Assembly: GCA_963755025.1 (NCBI GenBank) | Contig: CAVWIH010000015.1 | Location: 1-64,000, forward strand | Length of the DNA stretch: 64,000 nt | From: an uncultured Actinomycetes bacterium | GTDB lineage: Bacteria > Actinomycetota > Thermoleophilia > UBA2241 | Direction of reading: 5' to 3' | Part shown: positions 9,630 through 18,791 of the stretch, one piece after another | Layout of the letters: each line of letters starts with the position of its first letter | Numbering within the stretch: the first letter of the stretch is position 1 | Made by a program: the position numbers and the translations under genes | Notes under the pieces: generated by a model | Database searches by the model: none | The model's input: the letters and a program-made list of their open reading frames with translations, nothing else | What the model was told of the DNA's origin: nothing

Positions 9630-10043
9630 CTAAGCGGCGCGGCGCAACTCCTTGCGCTCGTAGAGCTCGCCCACGTCGACGTAGTTGCGCATGCTGACCG
9701 CCTTGCCGTTGCGCAGCCGCCACACGTGGGCAAAGGGCACATCGAGCGTCTGGGCAACGCCCTTGGGACGCGCCTTGAAGCTGCCGACCACGATCACCGT
9801 GTCGCCCTCGCCGTAGAGCTCGCGGGGGTCCAGCGTGAAGCTGTCGTAGTACTCTCCGATCGGCTCGAATACCTCGTGCAGCACTTCGTCGCGACTGTGC
9901 CGGACGCCGCCGGCCGGCCCGTAGGTGAACTCGGGCTCCGTCCACTCGATGTTCTCGTCGAAGAGGCCCATGACCGTCGGGATGTCCTGCCTGTTGAACG
10001 CCTCATAGCCTGCGCGAACGATGTCTTTGTTGCTCTCGCTCAT
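9630..10043 (-). CDS. SnoaL-like/NTF2-family protein
   Basis: NKDIVRAGYEAFNRQD, IEWTE, GDTVIVVG, FAHVWRLRNGK; AAGGAG RBS. Confidence 0.9.
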   Translation of the reverse strand: MSESNKDIVRAGYEAFNRQDIPTVMGLFDENIEWTEPEFTYGPAGGVRHSRDEVLHEVFEPIGEYYDSFTLDPRELYGEGDTVIVVGSFKARPKGVAQTLDVPFAHVWRLRNGKAVSMRNYVDVGELYERKELRRAA

Positions 10044-10234
10044 GTGTGGATCTCCTTGGCAAGGGCCGCGACGGCCCGGAAGTACGTTGTGCAGAGCCTT
10101 CCCCGTCCGTATCGTGCGAACCCGATGACTCGTGGGATCCAAGCGGCGCAGCACGAACGCCCGGGTGTGCTCCCGCCTCCGACGGCCGGCAAGATCGTCC
10201 TGAGGCGGAGTAGGGCGTTGCTGAGGCCGACGCG

Positions 10235-10978
10235 CTAGCCGACAAGCACCATGAGAACAAGCAGCAGGCCGACCACGCTGCTGATGGCGCCGAGGGCGAT
10301 GCCGGCGGTGGCGAGGCCCTTGGCCAGCCCCAGGCGCTGAGCCTGTCGCCGGGCGGCGATCGAGAGGACGAGCCCGAGCACCCCGAGGAAGGGGACGCCA
10401 AAGCCGAACAGCGCGCAGACGAACCCGGCTTCCGCGAGTGCGGGATGCGAAGGAGACGCGCGCCCCGGCTTTGCCGGTTCGACGGCCTCGTCGGGTGCCG
10501 GCAGGGGGTTGGGGCCGGCGGACGCTGGCTTTGTCGCCCCGACGAGCGTGAGGTCGGTCTTCTGTCTGGGGCGTGCACCGACAGGCGGCTCGGGCGGCGA
10601 CGGCGAAGGCACATCGAGCCGCGGCGTGAGAGCCTCAGCACTCGGTGGCGCGCCGTGCGCCGCGGAGGCCTGCGCCGCCTCATCGCCGGGCGCTGCGCTC
10701 GTGCTGCCGGGCGCGGCCGTCGTCTCGGGCGCCGCGGTCGCTTCGGCCGACGGCGACGGGCGCTGGGGAGCTGCCGGCGTCCGTGCCGCTCGGTGGGTCC
10801 ATTCACGCAAGCTCTTCTCTGCCCAATCGAGCTGGCCCTGCGCGTCGTAGCCCAAGAGCGCCCCGGCGTCGACGGGTCCGCGACCCTCGACGAGGAACTG
10901 GTGCCGGGCATCTTCGTAGGTGACGGTCTTGCCCGGCCAGTCCGACTTCTCGTTGAAGACCGCAACAAGCAGACCCAT
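10235..10978 (-). CDS. Membrane protein with Pro/Ala-rich linker and DUF4190-like C-terminal TM pair
   Basis: C-terminal GLVLSIAARRQ...GLATAGIALG pattern. Confidence 0.7.
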   Translation of the reverse strand: MGLLVAVFNEKSDWPGKTVTYEDARHQFLVEGRGPVDAGALLGYDAQGQLDWAEKSLREWTHRAARTPAAPQRPSPSAEATAAPETTAAPGSTSAAPGDEAAQASAAHGAPPSAEALTPRLDVPSPSPPEPPVGARPRQKTDLTLVGATKPASAGPNPLPAPDEAVEPAKPGRASPSHPALAEAGFVCALFGFGVPFLGVLGLVLSIAARRQAQRLGLAKGLATAGIALGAISSVVGLLLVLMVLVG

Positions 10979-11239
10979 GACGCGCCCTCCGGCGTTGCGG
11001 CGGCCACGCGCTTCACTGCGCGCGAGGCTCGCTACTTCATTGTTCCCAACCTGGGCGATATGGTTCTGGTCGCGTCGGCCCTGCGTCGGCGTCCTGAGCT
11101 AAGCCGCCCCCGCGTTTCATCGCCGGCAGCGAGTGGGCAGGGTCAAGGCACCCGAAGCCCAACGTGCTCAACGCGGCCCTCATCGGGCCGATCGGCCCGG
11201 CAGGCTGAGCCGGCCACCTCTCGATCAGGAGTGTCCCGC

Positions 11240-12259
11240 ATGACCCTTCCCGCCACAAGCAAGGAGGTCCACCTCGTCGCCCGCCCGCGGGGCGAGCCCA
11301 GGCAGAGCGACTTTTCGGTCGTCGAGACGGCGCTGCCCGAGCCCGCCACCGGCCAGGTCCTGGTCCACAACCGCTTTCTCTCGGTCGACCCCTACATGAG
11401 GGGCCGCATGCGCGACGCCAAATCGTACGCTTCGCCGTTCGCGCTGGGAGAGGTGATGACCGGCATGGCCGTGGGCGAGGTCGTCGCTTCGCGGTCGCCC
11501 GACCGGAGGGTCGGCGACACCGTCGTGCACGACCTGGGCTGGCGTGAGTACGCTCTGGGGCCGGCGGCCGCGTTCCGTGCCGTGCCCGCCGGCGACGCAC
11601 CCCTGAGCGCCTGGCTCGGCGTGCTCGGCATGGTCGGTCTGACCGCCTGGGTCGGCATGCTCGAGATCGCCGCTCTGCAACGCGGCGACGTCGTCTTTGT
11701 CTCGGGCGCCGCGGGCGCCGTGGGCAGCCTCGCCGGGCAGATCGCCAGGTTGCGCGGCGCGTCGCGCGTGGTAGGCAGCGTCGGGTCTGCGGCGAAGGTG
11801 CGCTACGTCCGCGACGAGCTCGGCTTCGATGCCGCCTTCGATTACCACGAGGCACCGGTGGCCGAGCTTCTCGCGGAGGCGGCTCCAGAAGGCATCGACG
11901 TCTACTACGACAACGTCGGCGGCGAGCACCTCGAAGCGGCCATCGGCGCCCTGCGTCTGCACGGACGAGCCGCCCTGTGCGGGGCGATCTCGCAGTACAA
12001 CCTCGACGAGCCGGCGCCCGGTCCGCGCAACCTTTCGCTGATGGTCGGCAACCGGCTCACCCTGCGCGGCTTTCTGGTGAGCGACCATGCCGAGCGCAGG
12101 CCGGCCTTTCTTGCCGAGGTGGGCGGCTGGCTTGCCGGCGGCCGCATCGGCTTGGCCGAGACCGTCGTCGACGGCGTCGAGAACGCCCCCGCCGCCTTCA
12201 TCGGCATGCTGCGTGGCGAGAACATCGGCAAGATGCTGGTGCGCGTCGCCGGCGACTGA
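11240..12259 (+). CDS. NADP-dependent oxidoreductase (MDR, prostaglandin reductase/CurA-like)
   Basis: LSVDPYMRGRM, LGMVGLTAW, VSGAAGAVGS, DNVGG, CGAISQYN, GENIGK; AGGAG RBS. Confidence 0.93.
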   Translation: MTLPATSKEVHLVARPRGEPRQSDFSVVETALPEPATGQVLVHNRFLSVDPYMRGRMRDAKSYASPFALGEVMTGMAVGEVVASRSPDRRVGDTVVHDLGWREYALGPAAAFRAVPAGDAPLSAWLGVLGMVGLTAWVGMLEIAALQRGDVVFVSGAAGAVGSLAGQIARLRGASRVVGSVGSAAKVRYVRDELGFDAAFDYHEAPVAELLAEAAPEGIDVYYDNVGGEHLEAAIGALRLHGRAALCGAISQYNLDEPAPGPRNLSLMVGNRLTLRGFLVSDHAERRPAFLAEVGGWLAGGRIGLAETVVDGVENAPAAFIGMLRGENIGKMLVRVAGD

Positions 12260-12293
12260 CCAGGCCACCTCTTGTCGCGGGACCGGAAGCCTT

Positions 12294-13019
12294 TCAGCCG
12301 TCGCCGAAGAGCTCCTCGTTGGCGTTGGCGATGGCGAAGAAGCGCCGACGTTCCGTGCGCGCGCGCGACCGGGCCGCGGCGGGCGCGCCCTCGCCGAACG
12401 CCTCGTGCGCGGCGACGCCCAGCGTGGCCACGCGGATCGGCTGGTCGTAGGCGGCGCGGCTGGGCAGGCAGTCGGGGTGCTCGCGGATGAAGCGCACCGC
12501 TGCGAGCACCGTTTCGCGGTCGTCGCGGTCCTGCGCCGTCTCGCAGCTGAAGCGCCAGCGCCGCACCTGCCGGGCGATCTCCGCCCTGTCCGGCGCGACG
12601 CCCGTCGCGGCGTAGATCCGGCAGTCGTAGGTGCGACAGACGAGCGGCCGGTCCTCGTAGATGGAACAGCGGTCGTCGACGAGCACGGGACAGGCGCCGT
12701 GCTCGTCGTAGCCGAGCAGAAGATACCCGGGTGGCAAGCCGGGGGCCGCAGACAGATACTCCCGCGGCAGCCGCTTGCGGGCGGCCTTCTCGCCGGGCCG
12801 CAGGTGCAGCTGATGGTGCGTGCGGCAGCAGGCGTTGCAGCTGCCGCAGGGCACGTCGGCCGGCACGTCGCGCCAGAGCGTGGCGCACGTCGCGTTGAGC
12901 CAGGCCGAGAAGCCGCCGGCCGGCAGGGGCGTCGCCGGCCCCGCCGGCGCCCCTGGCGCGGAGCCCGGCGCACGGCTGCTGCCGCCCCCAACGGTCTCGT
13001 GGCTCGGTCGAGCACCCAT
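12294..13019 (-). CDS. YkgJ-family CxxCxxCC Fe-S/zinc cluster protein
   Basis: CGSCNACC and CPVL...CSIYEDRPLVCRTYDC. Confidence 0.88.
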   Translation of the reverse strand: MGARPSHETVGGGSSRAPGSAPGAPAGPATPLPAGGFSAWLNATCATLWRDVPADVPCGSCNACCRTHHQLHLRPGEKAARKRLPREYLSAAPGLPPGYLLLGYDEHGACPVLVDDRCSIYEDRPLVCRTYDCRIYAATGVAPDRAEIARQVRRWRFSCETAQDRDDRETVLAAVRFIREHPDCLPSRAAYDQPIRVATLGVAAHEAFGEGAPAAARSRARTERRRFFAIANANEELFGDG

Positions 13020-13153
13020 GCCTCAACCCTGAGCGCCCGCGCATGGCCGTGTCAACCTCTGGGCGGACCGGCGGCGACCGGCGGTGGCTGCACGCTTGGC
13101 CGCGCTGTCCAGCCGGCCACCGGGCCACGGCAGGGGCCGGCGTCGGGGCGCGG

Positions 13154-14489
13154 TCAGCTGGGCGGCTTCCAGGGCAGCAGGTAGGCGCGATAGGTGCTGA
13201 CGCCGGTCGGGAGTTCCGCGTTGAACAGCAGTCTCCCCGCCGGACTGAACTCGGAGATGTAGGGCAGAGCGCCCCAGCCGACGAAGAGATCACCGCCTGG
13301 CGTGGTCTGCGCGTTGCCCATGACCTGCGCGACCTGGCCTTCCGGCTGGTCGTCCGACTTGATCAGGGTGGCCACCCGGGCGGCGAGGTCGAGCCGCACC
13401 GTCACCACCCGGCTGGAGCCGAGCAGGCCGCCCGACTCGTCGTCGAAGAACGTGTACCGCCCGCCCCCGATGGCCTCAGGGTCGTGCTGCCAGGCGAAGA
13501 TCTTACCGTCGCGGTCGAGGACCTGGCCGGGGCCGGCGCGCAGCGTGAAGGTACTCTGCTTGCCGCCGAGGCGCCACTTGATCTGGCCGGTGTGCCGGTC
13601 CACCTTGAAGGTGGTCCAGGTGTTTCGCGAGTCCACCAGGAGGTTGCCGTCGGTGTCGAGGTGGACGGCGTTGATGTGGAACCAGTCCCACGGCGTGCTC
13701 GGCGAAGACGGCCGCGGCTGGTAGCTGTCGGTATAGGGGACGTGGGCGGCGCTGTCCCACCGGAACAGCACGCGTCCGGTGCCGATATCGACTTCCTGCA
13801 CCACGCCGTCGATGACGCGCTGGTCGTCTGGGCCGCCGATGGCGGTCAGGTCCGCCGTCGTAACGCTGTCGGCCAGGATCAGCGCCGTGTTCTGCGGCGT
13901 GATGAGGAACTCGTGAAAGTCGGTCGCGTCGCCGTTGCCCGCCCGGACTGTGGCGACCTTCTGGTAGCGGTCGTTGTAGAGGTAGTCGGTGCCGCTGGGA
14001 CCGTTTGGGCCCGCCCGACCCCCGGCGCTTCCCGGGCCGCCATGGCTCCCTTGCCCCCCTGACTGGAACCAGGTGAGGACGGGCCGGCCGAGGTACGTCT
14101 GCGTGCGGAAGTCGGTGGCGATCTCCCCGGCGGGCAGGCGGTGGAACCAGACCACCCTTCCGCTGGTTGTGACGATCTCGGGACCGGCGGGGTAGCTGCC
14201 TCCGGCGGGGGCGATGAAGATGTCGCCGCCGCCGCCGCCGGCGTGGTGGACCAGCACGGTGAGCGGCGGCGGCGCGGTGCCCGTGATCCTGACACCGGCG
14301 CTCCCGACGGGTCTCCCGGCACACGCCGAGAGGCACGCGACGGCCAGGGCGGCGCAGGCCACGCCGGCGACCAAGGCCGGTCGTCGGCCGCAGCCGCGCC
14401 CACCGCCCGCCTGCGGTGCGCGACCGGCGGACCAGCGAAAGCCGAGACGCCATCACGCCGGCGCCGACCGGGCGGTCGGGGCAGTTCAT
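13154..14489 (-). CDS. Arylsulfotransferase (ASST)-like beta-propeller lipoprotein; probable +1 frameshift near 14377 in the signal peptide region
   Basis: DFHEF, DWFHINAV, WQHD, TYRAY; lipobox LSAC; main frame 13154..14374; an RBS-preceded ATG at 14489 joins it if one base is removed near 14377. Confidence 0.8.
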
Positions 14490-14702
14490 CAAGACCTCGC
14501 TCGCAGTCGCTTGAAAGGACGGGCCGCGCCCGGCAGGGGAAGTCGAGAGCCCCAGCGGCACAGCTCCAAGCCTCATCGGCGCAACTCTACTGCCTTTGCG
14601 ATCGAAGGCGCACAACCGGCCTCGGCGCTGCGTCGCCCGCGCGGCAGCCGGTAGACTTGCGCTCGCGGCGCCAGCCGCACCTGTGCGATATCGGAGGGTC
14701 CG

Positions 14703-15873
14703 GTGACGGAGATCGAGCTCAAGTACGGCTGCAACCCCCACCAGTCGCCGGCGGGACTGAGCGTCCCTGCCGGATCAGGCTTCCGCGTGCTCAGCGGCAG
14801 GCCCAGCTATATCAATATCCTCGACGCGCTCGGCGCCTGGCAGCTCGTCCGCGAGCTCAAGGTCGCCACCGGCAAGCCGGCGGCGGCGTCGTTCAAGCAC
14901 ACGAGCCCCGCGGGCGCCGCCGTGAGCGGGCTCGCTGTCTGACGCGTACCGCGCGTCGCAGTTTCTGGCCGCCGGCGACCTCTCCCCGGTCGCCAGCGCC
15001 TACGTGCGGGCGCGCGGCGGAGACCGCATGTGCTCGTTCGACGACGTAGCGGCGGTCAGCGAGGTCGTCGACCTCTCGCTTGCCCGCGTGCTGTTCGATG
15101 AGGTGTCCGACCTGATCATCGCTCCGGGGTTCGAGCCCGATGCGCTCGAACTGCTCCGCTCGAAGCGGCATGGCGGCTACCTGGTGCTGCACATCGACCC
15201 CGCCTTCGAGCCTCCCGAGACAGAGAGCCGCGAGGTGTTCGGCTTTCGCTTGCGCCAGCAGCGCAACACGGCGCAGATCTCGAAGGCGCTGTTCGAACGC
15301 GTGGTGACCACGGGCGCGCCGGTCTCGCCCCAGGTGCTCGAGACCCTCACGGTGGCGACGATCGCCCTCAAATACACCCAGTCCAACTCGGTGTGTCTGG
15401 CCTTCGAGGGTCAGGTCGTCGGCATGGGCGCCGGCCAGCAGTCCCGCGTGCACTGCACCCGTCTGGCCTGCGACAAGGCCGACAAATGGCTGCTGCAGCA
15501 GCATCCCAAGACGCTTGACCTGCGCTTCAAGGACGGGCTGCCGAAGCCTGAGAAGGCCAACGTCGTCGACCAGTACCTGCTGTGGGACCGGTTGTCGGAG
15601 GTCGAGAGGGACAAGGTGCGCGCCGCTCTGCTCGACGAGCCCGTCCCGATCGCGGCCCAGGAGCGCCGCGACTGGGTGAAGGGGTTCGCCGGCATCTGCC
15701 TGTCGTCCGATGCCTTCATCCCGTTTGCCGACAACCTCGATCGCGCCGCCAGGAGCAACGTGCGGTTCGTCGCCCAGGCTGGGGGATCGGCTCGCGACGA
15801 CGAGGTGACCACGGCCGCCCGCCAGTACGGCATGACCATGATCCACACCGGACTGCGGCTGTTCCTGCACTAG
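14703..15873 (+). CDS. purH: Stand-alone AICAR formyltransferase (short PurH lacking the IMP cyclohydrolase domain); +1 frameshift near 14930
   Basis: [29 protein letters not shown] in the first frame, then LSDAY...[40 protein letters not shown] in the next frame. Confidence 0.88.
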
Positions 15874-15999
15874 CCGGGCGGCGGAGCTCGGGAGGCGAGG
15901 GTAGCCGGGCCGGACGCTGCGCGGGTGGGGGAGGCCCGGCGCGCCAGCGCCGGGCCTCCCCCGTGCCGAGCCTGCCCGGAGCCGCTGCAGCGGCCCCGG

Positions 16000-16590
16000 C
16001 TACGACGTGGGCTGCTGCGGTCGGCGGCCAAGATCGGCCAGGCCGGCACGAAGCCGCAGGCGCGCCCTGCTGATGCGGGAGGCTACCGTGCCCACCGGGA
16101 CGCCGAGTGCGGCGGCGACCTCTTCGTAGCTCAGGTCGTTCCAGACATAGAGCAGCAGGGCGTCGCGGTCCCGGCTGTCCGTCCCGTCGAGAGCCTGCGC
16201 GAGCGCAGGCCCCAGCAGAGCCGCCTCTGCACGCTCGATGATGGTGTCCGTGGGGTCGTCGGCGGCGCCTGCCTGCGCGAGGCGGCCGAGCGCTCGCGTG
16301 CCTCGGGCGCAGCTACGCAGGTGGTTGCGGATGAGGTTGGTCGCGAGGCCGAGCAGCCAGGGCCGGGCGTCGGACCGGTCGAGCTGGTACCGGGCGCGCT
16401 GGTCAAAGGCGAGCCGGAACGTCTCGGCGGCCAGGTCCTCGCCCTCGGCTCCCGCTCGCGATCGGCAGTAGCGATAGACCGCCGGCCAGTGTCTGTCGAA
16501 GAGCTCACCGAAGAGCTCCGGGTCGGCCAGGGAGCGAGCGATCACGGCGGAGTCCGAGTCGACGGACACGCGCTGGACCCCGACGCTCAT
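16000..16590 (-). CDS. ECF RNA polymerase sigma factor
   Basis: FGELFDRH, EDLAAETF, RPWLLGLATN, LSYEEVAAALGVPVGTVASRISRAR. Confidence 0.93.
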   Translation of the reverse strand: MSVGVQRVSVDSDSAVIARSLADPELFGELFDRHWPAVYRYCRSRAGAEGEDLAAETFRLAFDQRARYQLDRSDARPWLLGLATNLIRNHLRSCARGTRALGRLAQAGAADDPTDTIIERAEAALLGPALAQALDGTDSRDRDALLLYVWNDLSYEEVAAALGVPVGTVASRISRARLRLRAGLADLGRRPQQPTS

Positions 16591-17693
16591 CGAAGCCCGT
16601 AGTCGGCTGCGTCGACGCGGGAGACGTGGTAGGTGACGGTGACGCCTTCCCCCTCTGCGTTCCCCGGCATCTGCGGCGCGTCCTGGTAGACGAGCAGGGC
16701 ACCGGTCTGAGCGTTGAGCGTGAGGGTCTCGACGTCGATGTAGGGCGCCTGCGGATGCGATGCCTGCTGCTTGGCCGCCGCTTCGAGCTTCTGGCGCACG
16801 GCGGCGTCCGGCGCCTTTGCCGCGTCAGCGCGCAGAGCCACGGCACTGTGGGGTACCACATGGGTCGTCAGCGTGAGCTCGAGCACGCTCTGGCCCTGAT
16901 AGGTGTCGCGCGTCACGGCCAGGCCATCGACGGTGGCGAGCACGTTCAGCATGCCGGCCAGCACCGCGGGCCGGCCGTCGGCCGCCCCGAGGGCGTCGAG
17001 CGCGGTGATCCAGATGTAGTTGTCCTGCTGGGCGCGGGTGCCGCTCAGCAGGCCGATCTTCGGGTACAGCGATGAGCTGATCGTCTGCAGAAAGGCGGAG
17101 CGCGCCGTCTGCGGGTCGGCGGTGGCTACGCCGGCCGCCGCCGCGATCGCCGGCTGGAGGTCGAAGTCGACCGCGGACGGGCCGCCGTTCGCCACGTTGT
17201 GCAGGCCGGCGACGGTCGGCGCGTAGTAGTAGTGACCGTTGTCGAGGTAGAGGTCGGCGCCGGTGAACGTGCCGTCGGACAGCTTGTTGCTGTGCTCGAC
17301 GAGCGTCGCGTCGCCCGGCGGTGGCGATGCGGCCAGTACGCGCGAGCTCAAGGCGAGCAGGGTCTTGGCCTGCGCCGAGGGCACGCCGTTGACGAGCCCC
17401 TTGTCGCCGGTGTGCGGGATACCGACGACCGCCGTTACGCCGGCGGCCGCCACGATGGCCACGGCCGCGGCCGCCGCCAGCGCCCGGCGGCCGCGCAAGA
17501 ACCGGGCGAGCCCGCAGCGCGTGCGTGGGCCGGACGTGGCCGGCGCCTGGGCGACCAGGCGGGGCGTTTGTCGCGACCGTTCGGCGTGGGCGAGCACGGC
17601 GGCTCGCGCCCACGTTGTCGCCTCGGCGTCGGGCGGCTCGAGCGAAGGCTGCTGCGCCTTCAGCCAGCGCAGGTCGTTGCTGTCGTCGATCAT
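16587..17693 (-). CDS. Membrane-anchored putative anti-sigma factor (CU044_5270-like architecture)
   Basis: Short cytoplasmic N-terminus, one TM helix, extracellular domain; ATGA overlap with the ECF sigma gene. Confidence 0.65.
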   Translation of the reverse strand: MIDDSNDLRWLKAQQPSLEPPDAEATTWARAAVLAHAERSRQTPRLVAQAPATSGPRTRCGLARFLRGRRALAAAAAVAIVAAAGVTAVVGIPHTGDKGLVNGVPSAQAKTLLALSSRVLAASPPPGDATLVEHSNKLSDGTFTGADLYLDNGHYYYAPTVAGLHNVANGGPSAVDFDLQPAIAAAAGVATADPQTARSAFLQTISSSLYPKIGLLSGTRAQQDNYIWITALDALGAADGRPAVLAGMLNVLATVDGLAVTRDTYQGQSVLELTLTTHVVPHSAVALRADAAKAPDAAVRQKLEAAAKQQASHPQAPYIDVETLTLNAQTGALLVYQDAPQMPGNAEGEGVTVTYHVSRVDAADYGLR

Positions 17694-17879
17694 GGGGTGG
17701 CTCCTTGTCGGGTGAAGACTAGCTCGCTTGGCGGGCAGGTGCTGCAGCGCTGCATGACAGTGATTGTCCGCAGCGTGCCGTTTGCTTCGCGGGGCAGCCT
17801 GATGCGGCCGAACAGGCCGCGAAGCGCGGCTCTGATAGGTTGGACCAGGAACAGGTCGCGATGAAGCTACCGGGAGAAC

Positions 17880-18623
17880 GTGATGGATGTCGAAGGCAAG
17901 GTTGCGCTGGTCACGGGGGCGTCGGCCGGGATAGGGCGGGCGCTCGCGATACTGCTGGCGAAGAATGGGGCGAAGCTCGCCCTCAATGCCAGGTCAGTCG
18001 ACAAGCTCGCGACGCTGTCCGGCGAGCTGCCCGGGTCGGCGGTCTTCCCGGCGGACATGTCCGACGAACCAGCCGTTCGCGAGATGGTGCGCGACGTCGA
18101 CGAGCGGTTCGGTCGACTGGACATCCTCGTCAACAACGCGGGGAGGGGGATGCACGGCTCGCTGGAATCTATCGATACCAAGGACTACCGCAGGCTCCTG
18201 GACCTGAACGTGGTGGGCCCCCTCGTGGCCATGCAGGCGGCCATACCAGTGATGCGCAAGCAGGGCGCGGGGGCGATCGTGAACATAAGCTCCGGTACCG
18301 CTCTCATGTACGCGCCGGGGCTCAGCGGCTACTCGGCCACCAAGCGCGCGCTGGGCGGTCTTTCGCTGACCGCCCGCGGTGAGCTGGCGGGCGAGAACAT
18401 CGCCGTGAGCGTCGTCTACCCCTACGTCACGAAGAGCGACTTCTACAGGAACTGGCTCGCTGACGGGCGCCGGCCCGGGTCCGGCACCGCCGATGACTAC
18501 GTCGCTGCCGGGCGGGCTCCGGCGGACACCTGCGAGTACGTCGCAGAGTTGATACTGGAGGCCATCACGACCGGCGAGCCCGAGGTCTTCGCCCACGACT
18601 GGATGAAGAATGCGATGAGGTAG
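17880..18623 (+). CDS. Short-chain dehydrogenase/reductase
   Basis: TGASAGIG, LVNNAG, NISSG, YSATK. Confidence 0.95.
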   Translation: MMDVEGKVALVTGASAGIGRALAILLAKNGAKLALNARSVDKLATLSGELPGSAVFPADMSDEPAVREMVRDVDERFGRLDILVNNAGRGMHGSLESIDTKDYRRLLDLNVVGPLVAMQAAIPVMRKQGAGAIVNISSGTALMYAPGLSGYSATKRALGGLSLTARGELAGENIAVSVVYPYVTKSDFYRNWLADGRRPGSGTADDYVAAGRAPADTCEYVAELILEAITTGEPEVFAHDWMKNAMR

Positions 18624-18791
18624 TCGGAACGAAGGACTGACCGTCTCCTCTGCTGCCCACTTCGTACGTTTTTAGACTCCACAAGCGTTCTCAGATCCGG
18701 CGAAGCTTTCTAGACGGATGTTCTACTCCCTTAGTTGCGGTTTGCCGATGGAAAGGAGCGAGCCGATCGTAGTTCTGAGGGAGGTCACACC

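Noticed and set aside
14490-14702. ZTP (pfl) riboswitch expected upstream of purH
   Set aside because: Could not find the conserved GYGACUGG and CGCCUGGG elements on the plus strand
14925-14945. Programmed frameshift or selenocysteine read-through at the purH TGA
   Set aside because: The downstream homology is in a different frame, so read-through cannot explain it, and there is no slippery site; a single-base insertion is simpler
18678-18694. Fifth MprA-like box upstream of the propeller gene (TCCACA-N5-TCTCAG)
   Set aside because: Only one good half-site and no third repeat
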